DNA of 64,000 bases from Pristiophorus japonicus (taxonomy: Eukaryota): the NCBI RefSeq assembly GCF_044704955.1, contig NC_091997.1, positions 86,118,001 to 86,182,000 on the forward strand, written 5' to 3'. This document shows, in pieces, positions 24,167-36,420 of this stretch; the first letter of the stretch is position 1, and each line of letters opens with the position of its first letter. Both the position numbers and the translations under genes were made by a program. Under the pieces are notes generated by a model. That model did not search any database, was not told where the DNA came from, and was given only the letters and a program-made list of their open reading frames with translations.

Positions 24167-27100
24167 TGTTATGTATGTAAACCTCACCAATGTGTAAGAC
24201 TTGCCACCAGGGGGCACACCTGTGGGAGATCTAAAGGTCACCTGTGCACCCTGGGCAAGCAGGTATAAAAGGTAACCTACCATGCTGCTTCCTCACTCTG
24301 GAGTTACATGAAAGAGACCAAGGTCACAATAGTTTGAGCTTACAATACAATCTTGTGGAGTTATTCTGAACTTAATCACTGGCGACGAGTAACAGATCAA
24401 GAACTTTCACACGGTAATGGCTGCCGTTGGTATTCTTGAGAGATTTGTTGAGGGTGATGATTGGGAAGCCTTCATTGAGCGTCTCGACCAGTACTTCGTG
24501 GCCAATGAGCTGGACACAGCTGAGATGGCGGTCAAGCGCAGGGCGATTCTCCTCACCATATGTGGGTCTTCGATATATGGCCTCGTCTGCTGACACCGAT
24601 CAAACCAACGGACACGACTTACACAGACCTGTGCACGCTGGTTCGGGAACACCTCAAGCCAAAGGAGAGCATCTTAATGGCCAGGTATCGCTTTTACACG
24701 CATCATCGCTCCGAGGGCCAGAACGTGGCGAGCTATGTCGTTGACCTAAGACGCCTTGCGGGACAGTGCAAATTTGTCGGATCTTTGGGGAAATGTTGCG
24801 TGACTTTTTCATGCTTGGAATCGGCCACGAGGTCATTCTTTGCAAACTGTTGTCTGCCGAATCCTTAGATCTGAGCAAGGCCATCACAATAGACCAGGCT
24901 TTCATATCCACAAGCGATAACACGAAACAGATATCTTCACAGCATCGAAGCTCACCAGCAAGTACTGTGCATAACATAATGCCTTCAGCAGGCAGAACTG
25001 TACATGGCAGGGCCTACACGACCGCAGAGGCCAGGCCTAGGGTGACTCAGAGTCCGCTGTGGGGTATGAATGCTTATCATTAATACCATGTTGGCGCTGC
25101 GGGGGTAGCCATAGAGCTCATCAATGTCGATTCAAGCACTATGTGTGCAAGCGCTGTGGATCAATGGGGCACCTCGAGCAAATGTGCAAACGACCCGTGA
25201 CTCACCACTTGGCAGAGTCAGCAGAGGACGACCAATCCAGCGCGGATCACGCTGAACAAGCTGGAGAGGCAACTCAACTGCCAAAGCCCTCCGATAATGT
25301 TAAAAGTTAAACTTAACGGCATTCCAATCTCCATGGAATTGGACACAGGGGCGAGTCAATCAATCATGAGCCAGAAAGCTTTTGAGAAGCTGTGGGGCAA
25401 CAAGGCACAGAGGCCAAAACTGAGCCCGATTCACACAAAGCTGCGCACTTACACCAAAGAGCTCATACCTGTTATCGACAGTGCAGCAGTGAAGGTATCA
25501 TACGAGGGAGCTGTGCATGATTTACCACTGTGGATTGTACCATGCGATGGCCCAACGCTGTTCGGCAGAAGCTGGCTAGGAAAGATCCGATGGAACTGGG
25601 ACGACATCAAAGCACTGTCTTTGGAGGATGACGCCTCGTGCGCCCAGATGCTAAACAAATTCCCGGCACTATTTGAGCCAGGCATCGGCAACTTCATAGG
25701 TGCCAAGGTGCAGATCCATCTTGTTCCTGGGGCACAGCCCGTTCATCACGAGGTCTGAGCAATCCCATATATGATGCAAGAGAAAATCGAGATCGAGCTG
25801 GACAGACTTCAACGAGAGGGAATCATATCGCCAGTCGAGTTCAACGAGTGGGCCAATTCAATCATGCCAGTGCTAAAGAGCGATGGGACGGTCAAAATCT
25901 GTGGGGACTACAAGGTAACGATCAATCGAGTCTCGTTACAGGACTAGTACCCACTACCTAAAGTGGAGGACCTATTCGCAACGCTAGCAGGGGGAAAGTC
26001 GTTCACCAAGCTAGATCTAACCTCTGCTTACATGACACAGGAGCTGGCTGAACAGTCAAAGAAATTATCGTGCATCAACACATACAAAGGACTGTTTGTG
26101 TACCACAGATGCCTCTTTGGGGTTCGCTCGGCTGCGGCCATCTTCCAGAGGAACATGGAGAGTCTGCTGAAATAGGTTCCATGCACCGTGGTGTTTCAAG
26201 ACGACATCCTCATCACTGGTCGCAACACCACCGAATACTTGCACAACCTGGAAGAGGTTCTGAAGCGACTGGACAGAGTGGGACTCGGGCTGAAACGCTC
26301 CAAGTATGTTTTCCTGGTGCCAAAGGTCAAATTTCTGGGGAGAAAGATTGCGGTGGACGGCATCAGACCACGGACTCCAAGATGGAGGCCATCAAGAATG
26401 CACCAAGACCACAGAATGTGATGGAGCTGCGTTCGTTCCTGGGACTCCTCAACTATTTTGGTAACTTTCTACCGGGGTTGAGCACTTTGCTGGAACCCTT
26501 GCATTTATTGCTACGGAAGGGTGACGACTGGGTTTGGGGTAAATCTCAAGAGACAGCCTTTAATAAGGCCAGAAACCTGCTATGCTCTAACAAGTTACTT
26601 GTATTGTATGACCCAATTAAACATTTAGTGATATGTCGTCGTTTGGGGTCGGTTGTGTGTTACAACAAGCAAATGTGTCAGGCAAACTACAACCGGTTGC
26701 ATATGCGTCCACAAGTTTATCCAAGGCTGAAAGAGCTTTCAGTATGGTTGAGAAAGAAGCGTTAGCATGTGTATACGGGGTTAAGAAAATGCACCAATAC
26801 CTATTTGGTCTCCGGTTCGAGCTCGAAACCGACCACAAACTGCTTGCTTCACCGCTCTCAAAAAGCAAAGGTATCAACACCAATGCTTCATCCTGCAACC
26901 AAAGATAGGCAATAATATTGTCTGCGTATGACTGTGTAATCCGCCACAGACCAGGCACTGAGAACTGCACTAACGTCCTCAGTCGGCTACCATTGCCCAC
27001 CACCGGGGTGGAAATGGCACAGCCCACAGACTTGCTTCTGGTAATGGATGCTTTTGAGAGCGAGGGGTCACCTGTCACGGCTCGCCAGATCAGGACCTGG

Positions 27101-28613
27101 ACTAGCCAGGACCCTGTGCTATCACTAGTAAAAAGCTGCGTCCTTAATGGAAGCAGGTCGGTGGTTCCCAGGGAAATGCAAGATGAAATGAAGCCGTTCC
27201 ACCGACGCAAGGATGAATTGTCTATCCAATCGGATTGTCTCCGATGGGGGAATCACGTGGTTTTGGCAAAAAAGGCAGGGAAACGTTTATAAGCGACCTA
27301 CACAGTCCCCACCCAGGCATAGACATGATGAAGGCTATCGTCAGGTCACACGTTTGGTGGCCCGGCATTGACTCCCAATTGGAGTCATGCAGACACCAAT
27401 GCAACATTTGCTCACAGTTGAGCAATGCACCTAGGGAGGCCCCACTGAGCCTGTGGTCATGGGTCCCACATAGATTTTTCTGGCCCTTTTCTAGGAAAGA
27501 TGTTTCTAGTAGCAGTGGACACTTACTCTAAATGGATTGAATACATAATAATGTCATCATGTACGTCCACTGCCACCATTGAAAGCCTCAGGGCCATGTT
27601 CACCACCCATAGTTTGCCCGTCATCCTTGTTAGTGCCAATGGACTGTGTTTCACCAGCTCAGAATTCAACGAGTTCATGACCCATAATGGCATTAAGCAT
27701 GTCAGGTCTGCCCCATTTAAGCCTGCATCCAATGGTCAAGCGGAATGGGCAGTCCAAACCATCAAGCAGAGCTTGAAACGCGTAACGGACGGCTCCTTGC
27801 AGACCCGGTTATCTTGGGTCCTGCTCAGCTACCGGACGCGCCCGCACTTGCTCACCGGGGTTCCTCCTGCAGAATTGTTAATGAAGAGAGCACTCAGAAA
27901 CAGGCTCTCCTTAGTCCACCCGGATCTCAATGATCACGTAGAAACCCGGCGGCACTGGCATAACGCGTACCACGATCGCGCAGCTGTATCATGTGACATT
28001 GAGGTTAATGATCCTGTGTTTGTTCTCAATCATGGTCATGGTCCCAAATGGGTTGCTGGCAAGGAGGGAAATGGAGTGTTTGTTGTTAAACTGTTGAATG
28101 GACAAACATGCAGAAAGCACATGGATCAGACCAAACTGCAATTCACTGACAACCAAGAACAGTTTGAAGAAGACTTTACCATCTATGATCCACCAACACA
28201 CACCCAGCCAGCAATCGACCTCGCTGTCAACCACGAGGATAAACCCACCATGCCTGACAGTCCGATCAGACCAGCCGCGCTGCCGTGCAGCAATGATCTG
28301 ACAACTCCCCCATGCCAGGACTTCAACTTCAACTCAGGCAATCAGCCCGGGAACGCAGAGTGCCAGATCACCTCAACCTGTAAATAACTTGTACATAAGA
28401 CTTTTGGGGGGGATGGGGGGGGGTGATGTTATGTATGTAAACCTCACCAATGTGTAAGACTTGCCACCAGGGGTCACCTGTGCACCCTGGGCAAACAGGT
28501 ATAAAAGGTAACCTACCATGCTGCTTCCTCACTCTGGAGTTACATTAAAGAGACCAAGGTCACAATAGTTTGAGCTTACAATACAGTCTTGTGGCGTTAT
28601 TCTGAACTTAACA
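24167..28613 (+). mobile_element. Full-length degenerate Ty3/Gypsy (Mag-like) LTR retrotransposon
   Basis: LTRs 24167-approx. 24377 and 28427-28613; TSD GCAGT; PBS TGGCGACGAG (24380-24389, tRNA-Ser type); PPT before 28427; gag with two CCHC-type knuckles, protease LDTGAS, RT FQDD, RNase H and integrase, broken by stops and frameshifts. Confidence 0.95.
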
Positions 28614-29490
28614 GCAGTAGCAAAGCAAATCAAATGTCAGTATCTAAGTCAGATATCCAGGCCAAAGCTTCCAGTGTAACAGTGTGGATCTCCTGTAGGC
28701 TGCCTGTGAATTCCCTCTGAGGGCAGTGCTTGATGATGTGCTCCAGGGTCTGATTAGGAGCTCCACAGTCGCTTTAATCTTCCACCTATGGAGAAGGTGG
28801 CAGCATCGACTGTGACCAGTTCTGAGGCGGTTGATGGTTGTCCACTATTTGCGAGGAAGGTTTGACCCTTCAGGTTGTATTGGGGGTCCGCTAAGGAATC
28901 CATTCTGTATGTCACAGTTCTTCCAAGCATTTCGCCATCGGTCATCAAGGCTGAGAGGAGATCACTGAAGGGCTTCGGCGACGGTCCAAAATGGCCACCT
29001 AGATTTGAGATGGTTTGGTGGTAGGTTGTTCGAGTCGGCCTGGATTGGCATGTCTTTGCTGGTGTAGCGGTTGTATTCTCTGGATACTGCATATTCGTGG
29101 TGTGGGTGTGGTGGTGCGATGTTTGCCCAACCTGGTGATTTCCTTCTCGTGCCAGGTTTAGAACCACCAAGTAGACTTGGCAGGTCATTTTTACGCCAGT
29201 TTGGAGAAAAGAGTTGACAAACCTGATGTTTAGTGAAGTGCAGGCCTCTTTGCAGATCGACGTTAGTGTGATTATGAGATGTTTTGAGGTGTATGAAAGA
29301 CAAGTCTTCGGGTGGGCGTGGAGGAATTCGGCCTCCTTGCCCACCCATGCTTTCTGCTCAAGCTACAATTCCTCTAAGCTGGACTGCTGAATTGCCGCTA
29401 AGGTTTGAAAGGCCAAGGCGTCTCTTTAGGGATCAGATGCCTACCTGGAGGAATGCACCTACGCATCTATCAAGATCACGTAACCGTTGA
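28614..29490 (-). mobile_element. I-group (Vingi/Ingi-like) LINE 3' fragment; extreme 3' end at approx. 24141-24166 beyond the Gypsy
   Basis: ANIAPPH, LKSRWPFW, INRLRTGH..HRW, DCGAPNQTLEHIIKHCP, then stop; the tail CATACGAAGAAGACGACG lies on the far side of the Gypsy. Clade name is tentative. Confidence 0.7.
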
Positions 29491-29521
29491 GCCAAACCCC
29501 GGCAGCCACTATTTGGAACAG

Positions 29522-30640
29522 CAAAATTAAAGCACATAGGATTGGGGGTAATGTATTGGCATGGATTGAAAATTGGTTAACTGGCAGGAAACAGAGTAGG
29601 AATAAATGGGTCTTTTTCCGGGTGGCGGGCAGTGACTAGTGGAGCACCACAGGGATCAGTGCTTGGGCCCCAGCTATTCACAATATATATAAATGATTTG
29701 GATGAGGGAACCAAATGTAATATTTCCAAGTTTGCTAACGACACAAAACTAGGTGGGATTGTGAGTTGTGAGGAGGATGCAAAGACGCTGCAAGGCAATT
29801 TAGATAGGTTGAGTGAGAGGGCAAACACATGGCAGATGCAGTATAACATGGATAAATGTGAAATTAGCCATTTTGTTAGGAAAAACATAAGGACAAAGTA
29901 TTATTTAAATAGTGATGGCTTGGGAAGTGTAGATGTACAAAGGGACCTGGGTGTCCTGTATACCAGTCATTGAAAGCAAACATGCAGGTGCAGCAAGCAG
30001 TTAGGAAGGCAAATGGTATATTGCAAGAGGATTTGAGTAAAGAAGCAAGGATGTCTTACTACAGTTATACAGGGCCTTGGTGAGACCGCACCTGGAATAT
30101 TGTGTGCAGTTTTGGTCTCCTTACCTAAGAAAGGATATACTTGCCATAGAGAAAGTGCAGCGAAGGTTCACCAGACTGATTCGTGGGATGGCAGGACTGT
30201 CGTATGAGGAGAGATTGGGTCGACTAGACCTGTATTCACTAGAGTTTAGAAGAATGAGAGGGGATCTCATTGAAACATATAAAATTCTGATTGGGTTGGA
30301 TAGACTGGATGCGGGGAGGATGTTTCCCCTGGCTGGGAAGTCTAGAACAAGGGGTCACAGTCTCAGGATACAGGGTAGGAAATTTAGGACCGAGATGAGG
30401 TGACATTTTTTCACTCAGAGGGTGGAGAACCTGTGGAATTCTCTACAACAGAAGGCTGTGGAGGCCAAGTCACTGAATATATTTAAGAGGGAGATAGATA
30501 GATTTCTAGAAACAAAAGACATCAAGAGGTATGGGGAAAAAGCGGGAACATGGTGTTGAGATAGAGGATCAGCCATGATCAGATTGAATGGCGGTGCAGA
30601 CTCGAAGGGCCGAATGGCCTACTCCTGCCCCTATTTTCTA
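29522..30640 (+). mobile_element. CR1 LINE 3' fragment
   Basis: [31 protein letters not shown] motifs and CR1 tail. Confidence 0.9.
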
Positions 30641-30680
30641 TAAAGGAGCTGGGCCACCACATTGATCTGTGTTGTCGGAA

Positions 30681-31866
30681 TTGAATGTAATAGTTCCAAG
30701 TTTGCAGATGACACTAAGCTGGGTGGCAGTGTGAGCTGTGAGGAGGATGCTAAGAGGCTGCAGGGTGACTTGGACAGGTTGGGTGAGTAGGCAAATGCAT
30801 GGCAGATGCAGTATAATGTAGATAAATGTGAGGTTATCCACTTTGGTGGTAAAAACAGGAAGGCAGAATATTATCTGAATGGTGACAGATTAAGAAAAGG
30901 GGAGGTGCAATGAGACCTGGTGTCATGGTACATCAGTCATTGAAAGTTGAATGCAGGTACAGCAGGTGGTGAAAAAGGCAAATGGCATGTTGGCCTTCAT
31001 AACGAGAGGATTTGAGTATAGGAGCAGGGAGGTCTTACTGCAGTTGTACAGGGCCTTGGTGAGGCCACACCTTGAAAATTGTGTACAGTTTTGGTCTCCT
31101 AATCTGAGGAAGGACATTCTTGCTATTAAGGGAGTGCAGCGAAGGTTCACCAGACTGATTCCCGGGATGGCACGACTTACATATGAAGAAAAACTGGATC
31201 AACTGGGCTTATATTCACTGGAATTTAGAAGAATGAGATGGGATCTCGTAGAAACATAAAATTCTGATGGGATTGGACAGGTTAGATGCAGGAAGAATGT
31301 TCCCGATGTTGGGGAAGTCCAGAACCAGGGTGATATGTCCTTACTATACAGTATAAATGCACACGAGGCCCATACTTGAGAGAAGGTCACTCTGTGACCA
31401 GTTACCTTTATTACCAAGACCTCAAGTGATGAAGCTGGGTGGAGCTTCCCCTTTTATACCTGAAAGTCCAGGTTAGGAGTGTCTCCCACAAGTTCACCCC
31501 TTGTGGTCAATGTTCTCAAGGTGTACAACTTAGGTCAGCTTATACATGGGTTACAATGATAGTTGAATACATGACACAGGGGTCACAGACTAAGGATAAG
31601 GGGTAAGCCATTTAGGACCAAGATGAGGAGAAACTTCTTCACTCAGAGAATTGGGAACCTGTGGAATTCTCTACTACAGAAACTTGTTGAGATATATTCA
31701 AAAGGGAGTTAGATGTGGCCCTTACGGCTAAAGGGATCAAGGGGTATGGAGAGAAAGCAGGAATGGGGTACTGAAGTTGCATGATCGGCCATGATCATAT
31801 TGAATGGTGGTTAGGCTCGAAGGGCCGCATGGCCTACTCCTGCACTTACTTTCTATGGTTCTATGT
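30681..31866 (+). mobile_element. CR1 LINE 3' fragment carrying a solo LTR
   Basis: KFADDTK through the 3' tail; interrupted at agaaccaggg/gtcacag. Confidence 0.9.
31331..31576 (-). mobile_element. Solo LTR
   Basis: TG...CA ends, 5-bp TSD CAGGG; TATAAAA and AATAAA on the minus strand. Confidence 0.88.
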
Positions 31867-33489
31867 TTGCTCATTCAAGGAATGATATGGACAGGTTGTT
31901 TTCTCTTGGGTGCTGTATATACTGGCCATAAATGGGAGTAGTTCTTTGTATGCAAGGTCAAAAGTGCAGGGATTACTGATATACTAATTGGTATCTGAAT
32001 GCTATATCTGAGCGTTAAAGAGTCGAATTCTCTAAATGTGTTCAGGAATGTCTCGCGTAAGAGACATGTCCTCGATTGTTTCCTGGTTTGTAACCTGAGA
32101 GCTGATGTGGGAAATGATGGGTCGTGAAGTAGTGGGCCTGGTTATATGTATTAATATGTCATCTGCACACAGTGTGTTTTATGTTTGGCTCTTCCGGCTT
32201 GCATTCCATAGAGTTCATTATTATAGGTACTGCAGGTGGTCCAATGGCCAGAGCAAAGAGAAGGGGCCCCAAGGGACAGCTGTATCTGGCTGCTCTTTGT
32301 AAGTACAATGGGGGCACAAGGGGCAATTGGTGTATAATATAGATTAAAGGGTTCTGATTCAGCGGTATCGTCCTGGTTGGGGCATTAACTTTTGAGAAGT
32401 TGGAAGTTTAACACCAGGCGCAAATCAATCTCGCTGCCCGCTAAATTCGGTCTCGGCACTCAAAAGAGTGCAGGAGAGTGCTAAATCAGGCGCTAATGGT
32501 GCAGGTGAGTGGCATTAGGCTCCAAGTGATAATGAGTATGTGGTGTGTAATCGGGAGTGAGCCTTGGCAAAGGCGCCTTCCAGCCATTAAAGGGGAGGGT
32601 CACTGGAGTCTGCACACCAGTCCCCAATGATTCGGAGAGAGCAGAATGGCGATATGCTGTGGGATGAAATGCAAAGTCCTTTGACAGCCCACGACACTCC
32701 GGGGACTAAGCAGCCTTTATTTGCCTGCAGAACAATCCTGCGCTCTGCCACTCATAAATGACCTTTGGAACGGAAGTTTCTTGACAGCTGGTGTGCATTT
32801 CTCTAAGTAACGCCCCGCCCCGCCGGCCGGCTGGTTTAGACCTCCCCTCCTTGGTGCTGTCGACGTGAGGGCGAGGGCGTTGGCGCTACTGAGCTTTGCA
32901 TGCTCACTGACGTCACAGTCCTGCCGGGCGCTAACTAGGGGTGCTAACATGCCGAATTTCTCCCCCAGTGTCTTTACAAAGGCCATTCTCGATCATGGGG
33001 AGAAGGCAGTCCAATTCTACCCAATTAAATGCCTTCTCAGCACTAATTAAGGAAGAAATCACTACCTTAGTGGTGAACGTATGAAATATCTGCCTGATTG
33101 TCAATCGTGGATGAAGCATATTTGGCCTGGATGCTACAATCAGCTCCGGTATACGTGGGTTAGTGAGAGAAGAGATGGGAGCGGATTTCTGTTTCTGATT
33201 ACTATTCAGTGATGACCATAACCGTTGTGTTGGAAAATTCCTGAATTTTGACAAGACAGGCCTTGGCTATGATGCTCTTCCCAGTTGATGAGGCTGCTCT
33301 GCTGGCACTTGCTGTCTCAGTTCCCAAATTCAGACTGGCCACTTGAAAGAGATGCCACTAATGTTCATGGAACTTGCTGAGGCATGAATCACCGGGAGAA
33401 AATACTAGCGCTGGGCAGGTCTGAGGGGGCAAGGCAACATCTTTTTGCTTCAATTGATATAATGTGCTATTTAATGTTAATTTAAATTA

Positions 33490-33822
33490 CATGCCGTGAT
33501 GGAAGAGTTCATGTTCTAGAACTAAGGGGCATTGTCTCAGAATAAGGGGTCGCCCATTTAAGACGGAAATGAGGAAGAATTTCTTCTCTGAGGGTCGTGA
33601 ATCTTTGGAACTCTCTGCCCCAGAGAGTTGTGGAGGCTGGGTCATTGAATATATTTAAGGTGGAGATGGACAGATTTTCAGAGGATAAGGGAGTCGAGGG
33701 TTATGGGGAGAGGGCAGGGAAGTGGAGCTGAGTCCATGATCAGATCAGCCATGACCTTATTGAAAGGTGGAGCAGGCTCGAGGGGCCGAATGGCCGACTC
33801 CTGCTCCTATTTCGTATGTTCT
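33490..33822 (+). mobile_element. CR1 3' end
   Basis: Same subfamily as 43462-43935 (opposite orientation). Confidence 0.85.
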
Positions 33823-34018
33823 GGAGGGAGGAGCATTGTTGCGCCAAATGCCCTGCAGTGACACTGAATTTTAGATACATCTTGGGAAGAAAATGTGAAC
33901 TTTAGAACTTGTAAAGTGGATAAAGTCAACCTAATGACGTTAGTGGTTCTAAAACTGAGCACCCTTCCTGACCTTTTTTACAGATTACTGTGGACATTAG
34001 GTACAACCGCAGCCGGAA

Positions 34019-34640
34019 ATGCATGAAAAGCGAAACATTCAGATAATAGGATGGGAGGACCTGGACAAAACAAAATTCTACTCGTTTGGTATCTTAATGA
34101 ATCTGTCGCTGCGCCTTGGGCTGTATCCAGCCATGCTGATCAGGACCAGGCTCCAGGTCCAAAAGGGGAAGAGTCATTATGAAGGCACTTATGACGCGTT
34201 GTTTAAAATCCTACGGACTGAGGGCATGCGGGGACTTTACAGAGGTTTTTCCGTGAATGTATTCACCATCGTCGCTAGCCAAGCGTATATCACAACCTAC
34301 GAGCTGGTGCGCACATATGTGTCCAACTACAGCGATAATAATGCCATTAAGTCATTTGTGGCAGGAGGTTTGTCGGCACTCATTGCACAGAGCTTCGCCG
34401 TGCCCATTGATAACGTTTCTCAGCACATGATGGTGGCGGGCCACAGAGCGAATATTGGCAGGTTCAAGCTGTATGAAATCACAAGATCGTACAGACAGGC
34501 GTTTGGACTAACGCGGGAAGTTATCTCTCAGATTTTCAGAAATGATGGCCCAGGGGGGTTTTACAGAGGATATTTAGCCTCCCTGATGACGTACATTCCC
34601 AACAGTGCATTGTGGTGGCCTTTTTATCATTTCTTTGCAG
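34019..34640 (+). CDS. SLC25A44: SLC25A44-like mitochondrial carrier, first coding exon (622 coding bp)
   Basis: MHEKRNIQIIGWEDLDKTKFYSFG...YPAMLIRTRLQ...PNSALWWPFYHFFA matches the SLC25A44 N-terminus and carrier repeats. Candidate acceptors precede 33984 or 34001; donor CAG|gtatgt; ends in phase 1. Confidence 0.93.
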
Positions 34641-34643
34641 GTA

Positions 34644-35183
34644 TGTAAGATTTAGGATCACAGGTCACACACAGATACCCAAAGGGTCTTAGGAGTTCTA
34701 CGGCATTTATTAAGAGAGCGATAGTTCAAATATCGTCAAACATAACACACAATCAGGATAGGCATAGTAGACATACGACCATGACAAGTAGCTGGTACTA
34801 GTCCCGATTGGACAGACGGCTGGTGGTAAGAACACTGCTTATCTTCACCGCCTGCCCTGAAATTCCTTCTAGGTCTCTCTTTTATTCTCTTTTTAGGGGT
34901 GGGCCTGGTATAGGATATGGACAGGACTATTTAACCTGTGATATGTCGGGTTTTTTGTCTGAACTCTTGGGTGGAAACCCTCCTCTTCACATCCTCCCGA
35001 GCTGGAGTCAGTCAGGCCATTCTTGGCCTTCAGATGTTTGGAACTGCCCGTGATCAGTTATTTATTTTAACGCTGTTCAAGCCGCTTTAGCTATTGTACC
35101 ACGGAATGAATCTTCAATTCTAACACCAGTCTGAGGAGACTTTTTGGTCTCAAGTTACTTCTTCCAATTCACAATTTATTACA
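34644..35183 (-). mobile_element. Solo LTR (540 bp) inserted at +4 of the SLC25A44 intron
   Basis: Termini TGTAA...TTACA, 4-bp TSD GGTA (34640-34643 and 35184-35187), minus-strand AATAAA at 34706-34711. Confidence 0.8.
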
Positions 35184-35241
35184 GGTATGGAAGGCTGCAG
35201 TTGTTCTCTCTCCTTCCTGAGCTCAGCTTTATAATAAATGT

Positions 35242-35385
35242 CGAAAATGCTGGAAATCTCAGCGGTTCAGGCAGCATTTGAACTCTGTTTCTCTCCACAG
35301 ATGCTGCCTGACCAGCCGAGATTTCCAGCATTTTCTGTTTTTATTTCAGATTCCAGCATCTGCAGTATTTTGCTTTTGTGTCTAG
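35242..35385. mobile_element. Short Penelope terminal-repeat insertion with inverted 5' part
   Basis: 35244-35280 is the reverse complement of 35298-35334; 9-bp TSD AATAAATGT (35233-35241 and 35386-35394). Confidence 0.75.
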
Positions 35386-36420
35386 AATAAATGTGTTGGA
35401 CATCAAATAATTTGGGAAGGGGAGAGGTTTCCAACCACTTGTACATGAAAACTTGGCATTACTCTTGTTCAGAATGAATTTAGCAAAATCTAGAATAACT
35501 CCCGCTCTTCAGCAGATTCTACTTCATTGGAAAATTTAGTTTCAAGACTGTGGCCACGTTCTCAAACTTTGTGCTTCCTTCAGGGTTGATTTATAATAGT
35601 GCTTAAAGCAGTTACATATTACAGCTATTTGGTAATCACAGTACAATAAATTATATAAAATGAAGGACATAGCTCATGTATAAAAAGTGTAACAGTAATG
35701 GTTACAAGTCGGTGTGTAACATGTGTAACGGTTACATGTCAGTGTGTAACAGTCACATATTGGTGTGTAACGGTCACACGCCGATGTCGCAGTAACGGTT
35801 AAATGGCAGTTCCTCTTGTGTAAGACGATAAGGAATTTTAGGAACAGGAAAAGGCCATTTTACATCAACTCCAGTTATCCAACTTTTAACTATCTTTCAA
35901 TCACTTCTCTTCCCGACATGCATCCAGTTATCTCAACATATTTAGCTTGTCTGCTACAATGGCTTTCTCTAGTAACTTACTCCACAGGTCCTGTTATCTT
36001 CCAGGTGCAAACGTTCTGCCTGGATTTTCTTCTTTCTTTTAAGGCTGCGTCTATTTGTACTAACTGAAATGCAGCTGTTTCTCTGATTGGCTCTCCATTT
36101 TCACATGACCTATTGCTGATTGGTCCCCATGGAGGATAAGCCGCACCCTGAAGTTCCTCTGGAATGTGTAACTGGAACCGCCCAACCCAAGTTCTGAGTA
36201 ACTTTCCAATTTATAATTCGATCCATTTTGACTTCAGAAGCCACAGAAGATAGATCTGCCCAAAAGCCACCAAGTTCCAGCCGAAGTCCATTACCCCAGT
36301 GCAAGTGCATCCCTTCGCCATCTGAAGACCCTTACCCCAGCATATACTGCCTTCCACAGCTGAAGTCCCTTACCCAAACGCAAGATCTTATCTCCCCCGC
36401 CCCATAGATGGGGCATTGTG

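Noticed and set aside
24417-28387. Gypsy gag-pol as a possible domesticated gene
   Set aside because: Many stops and frameshifts, with LTRs and TSD still present; ordinary decayed insertion.
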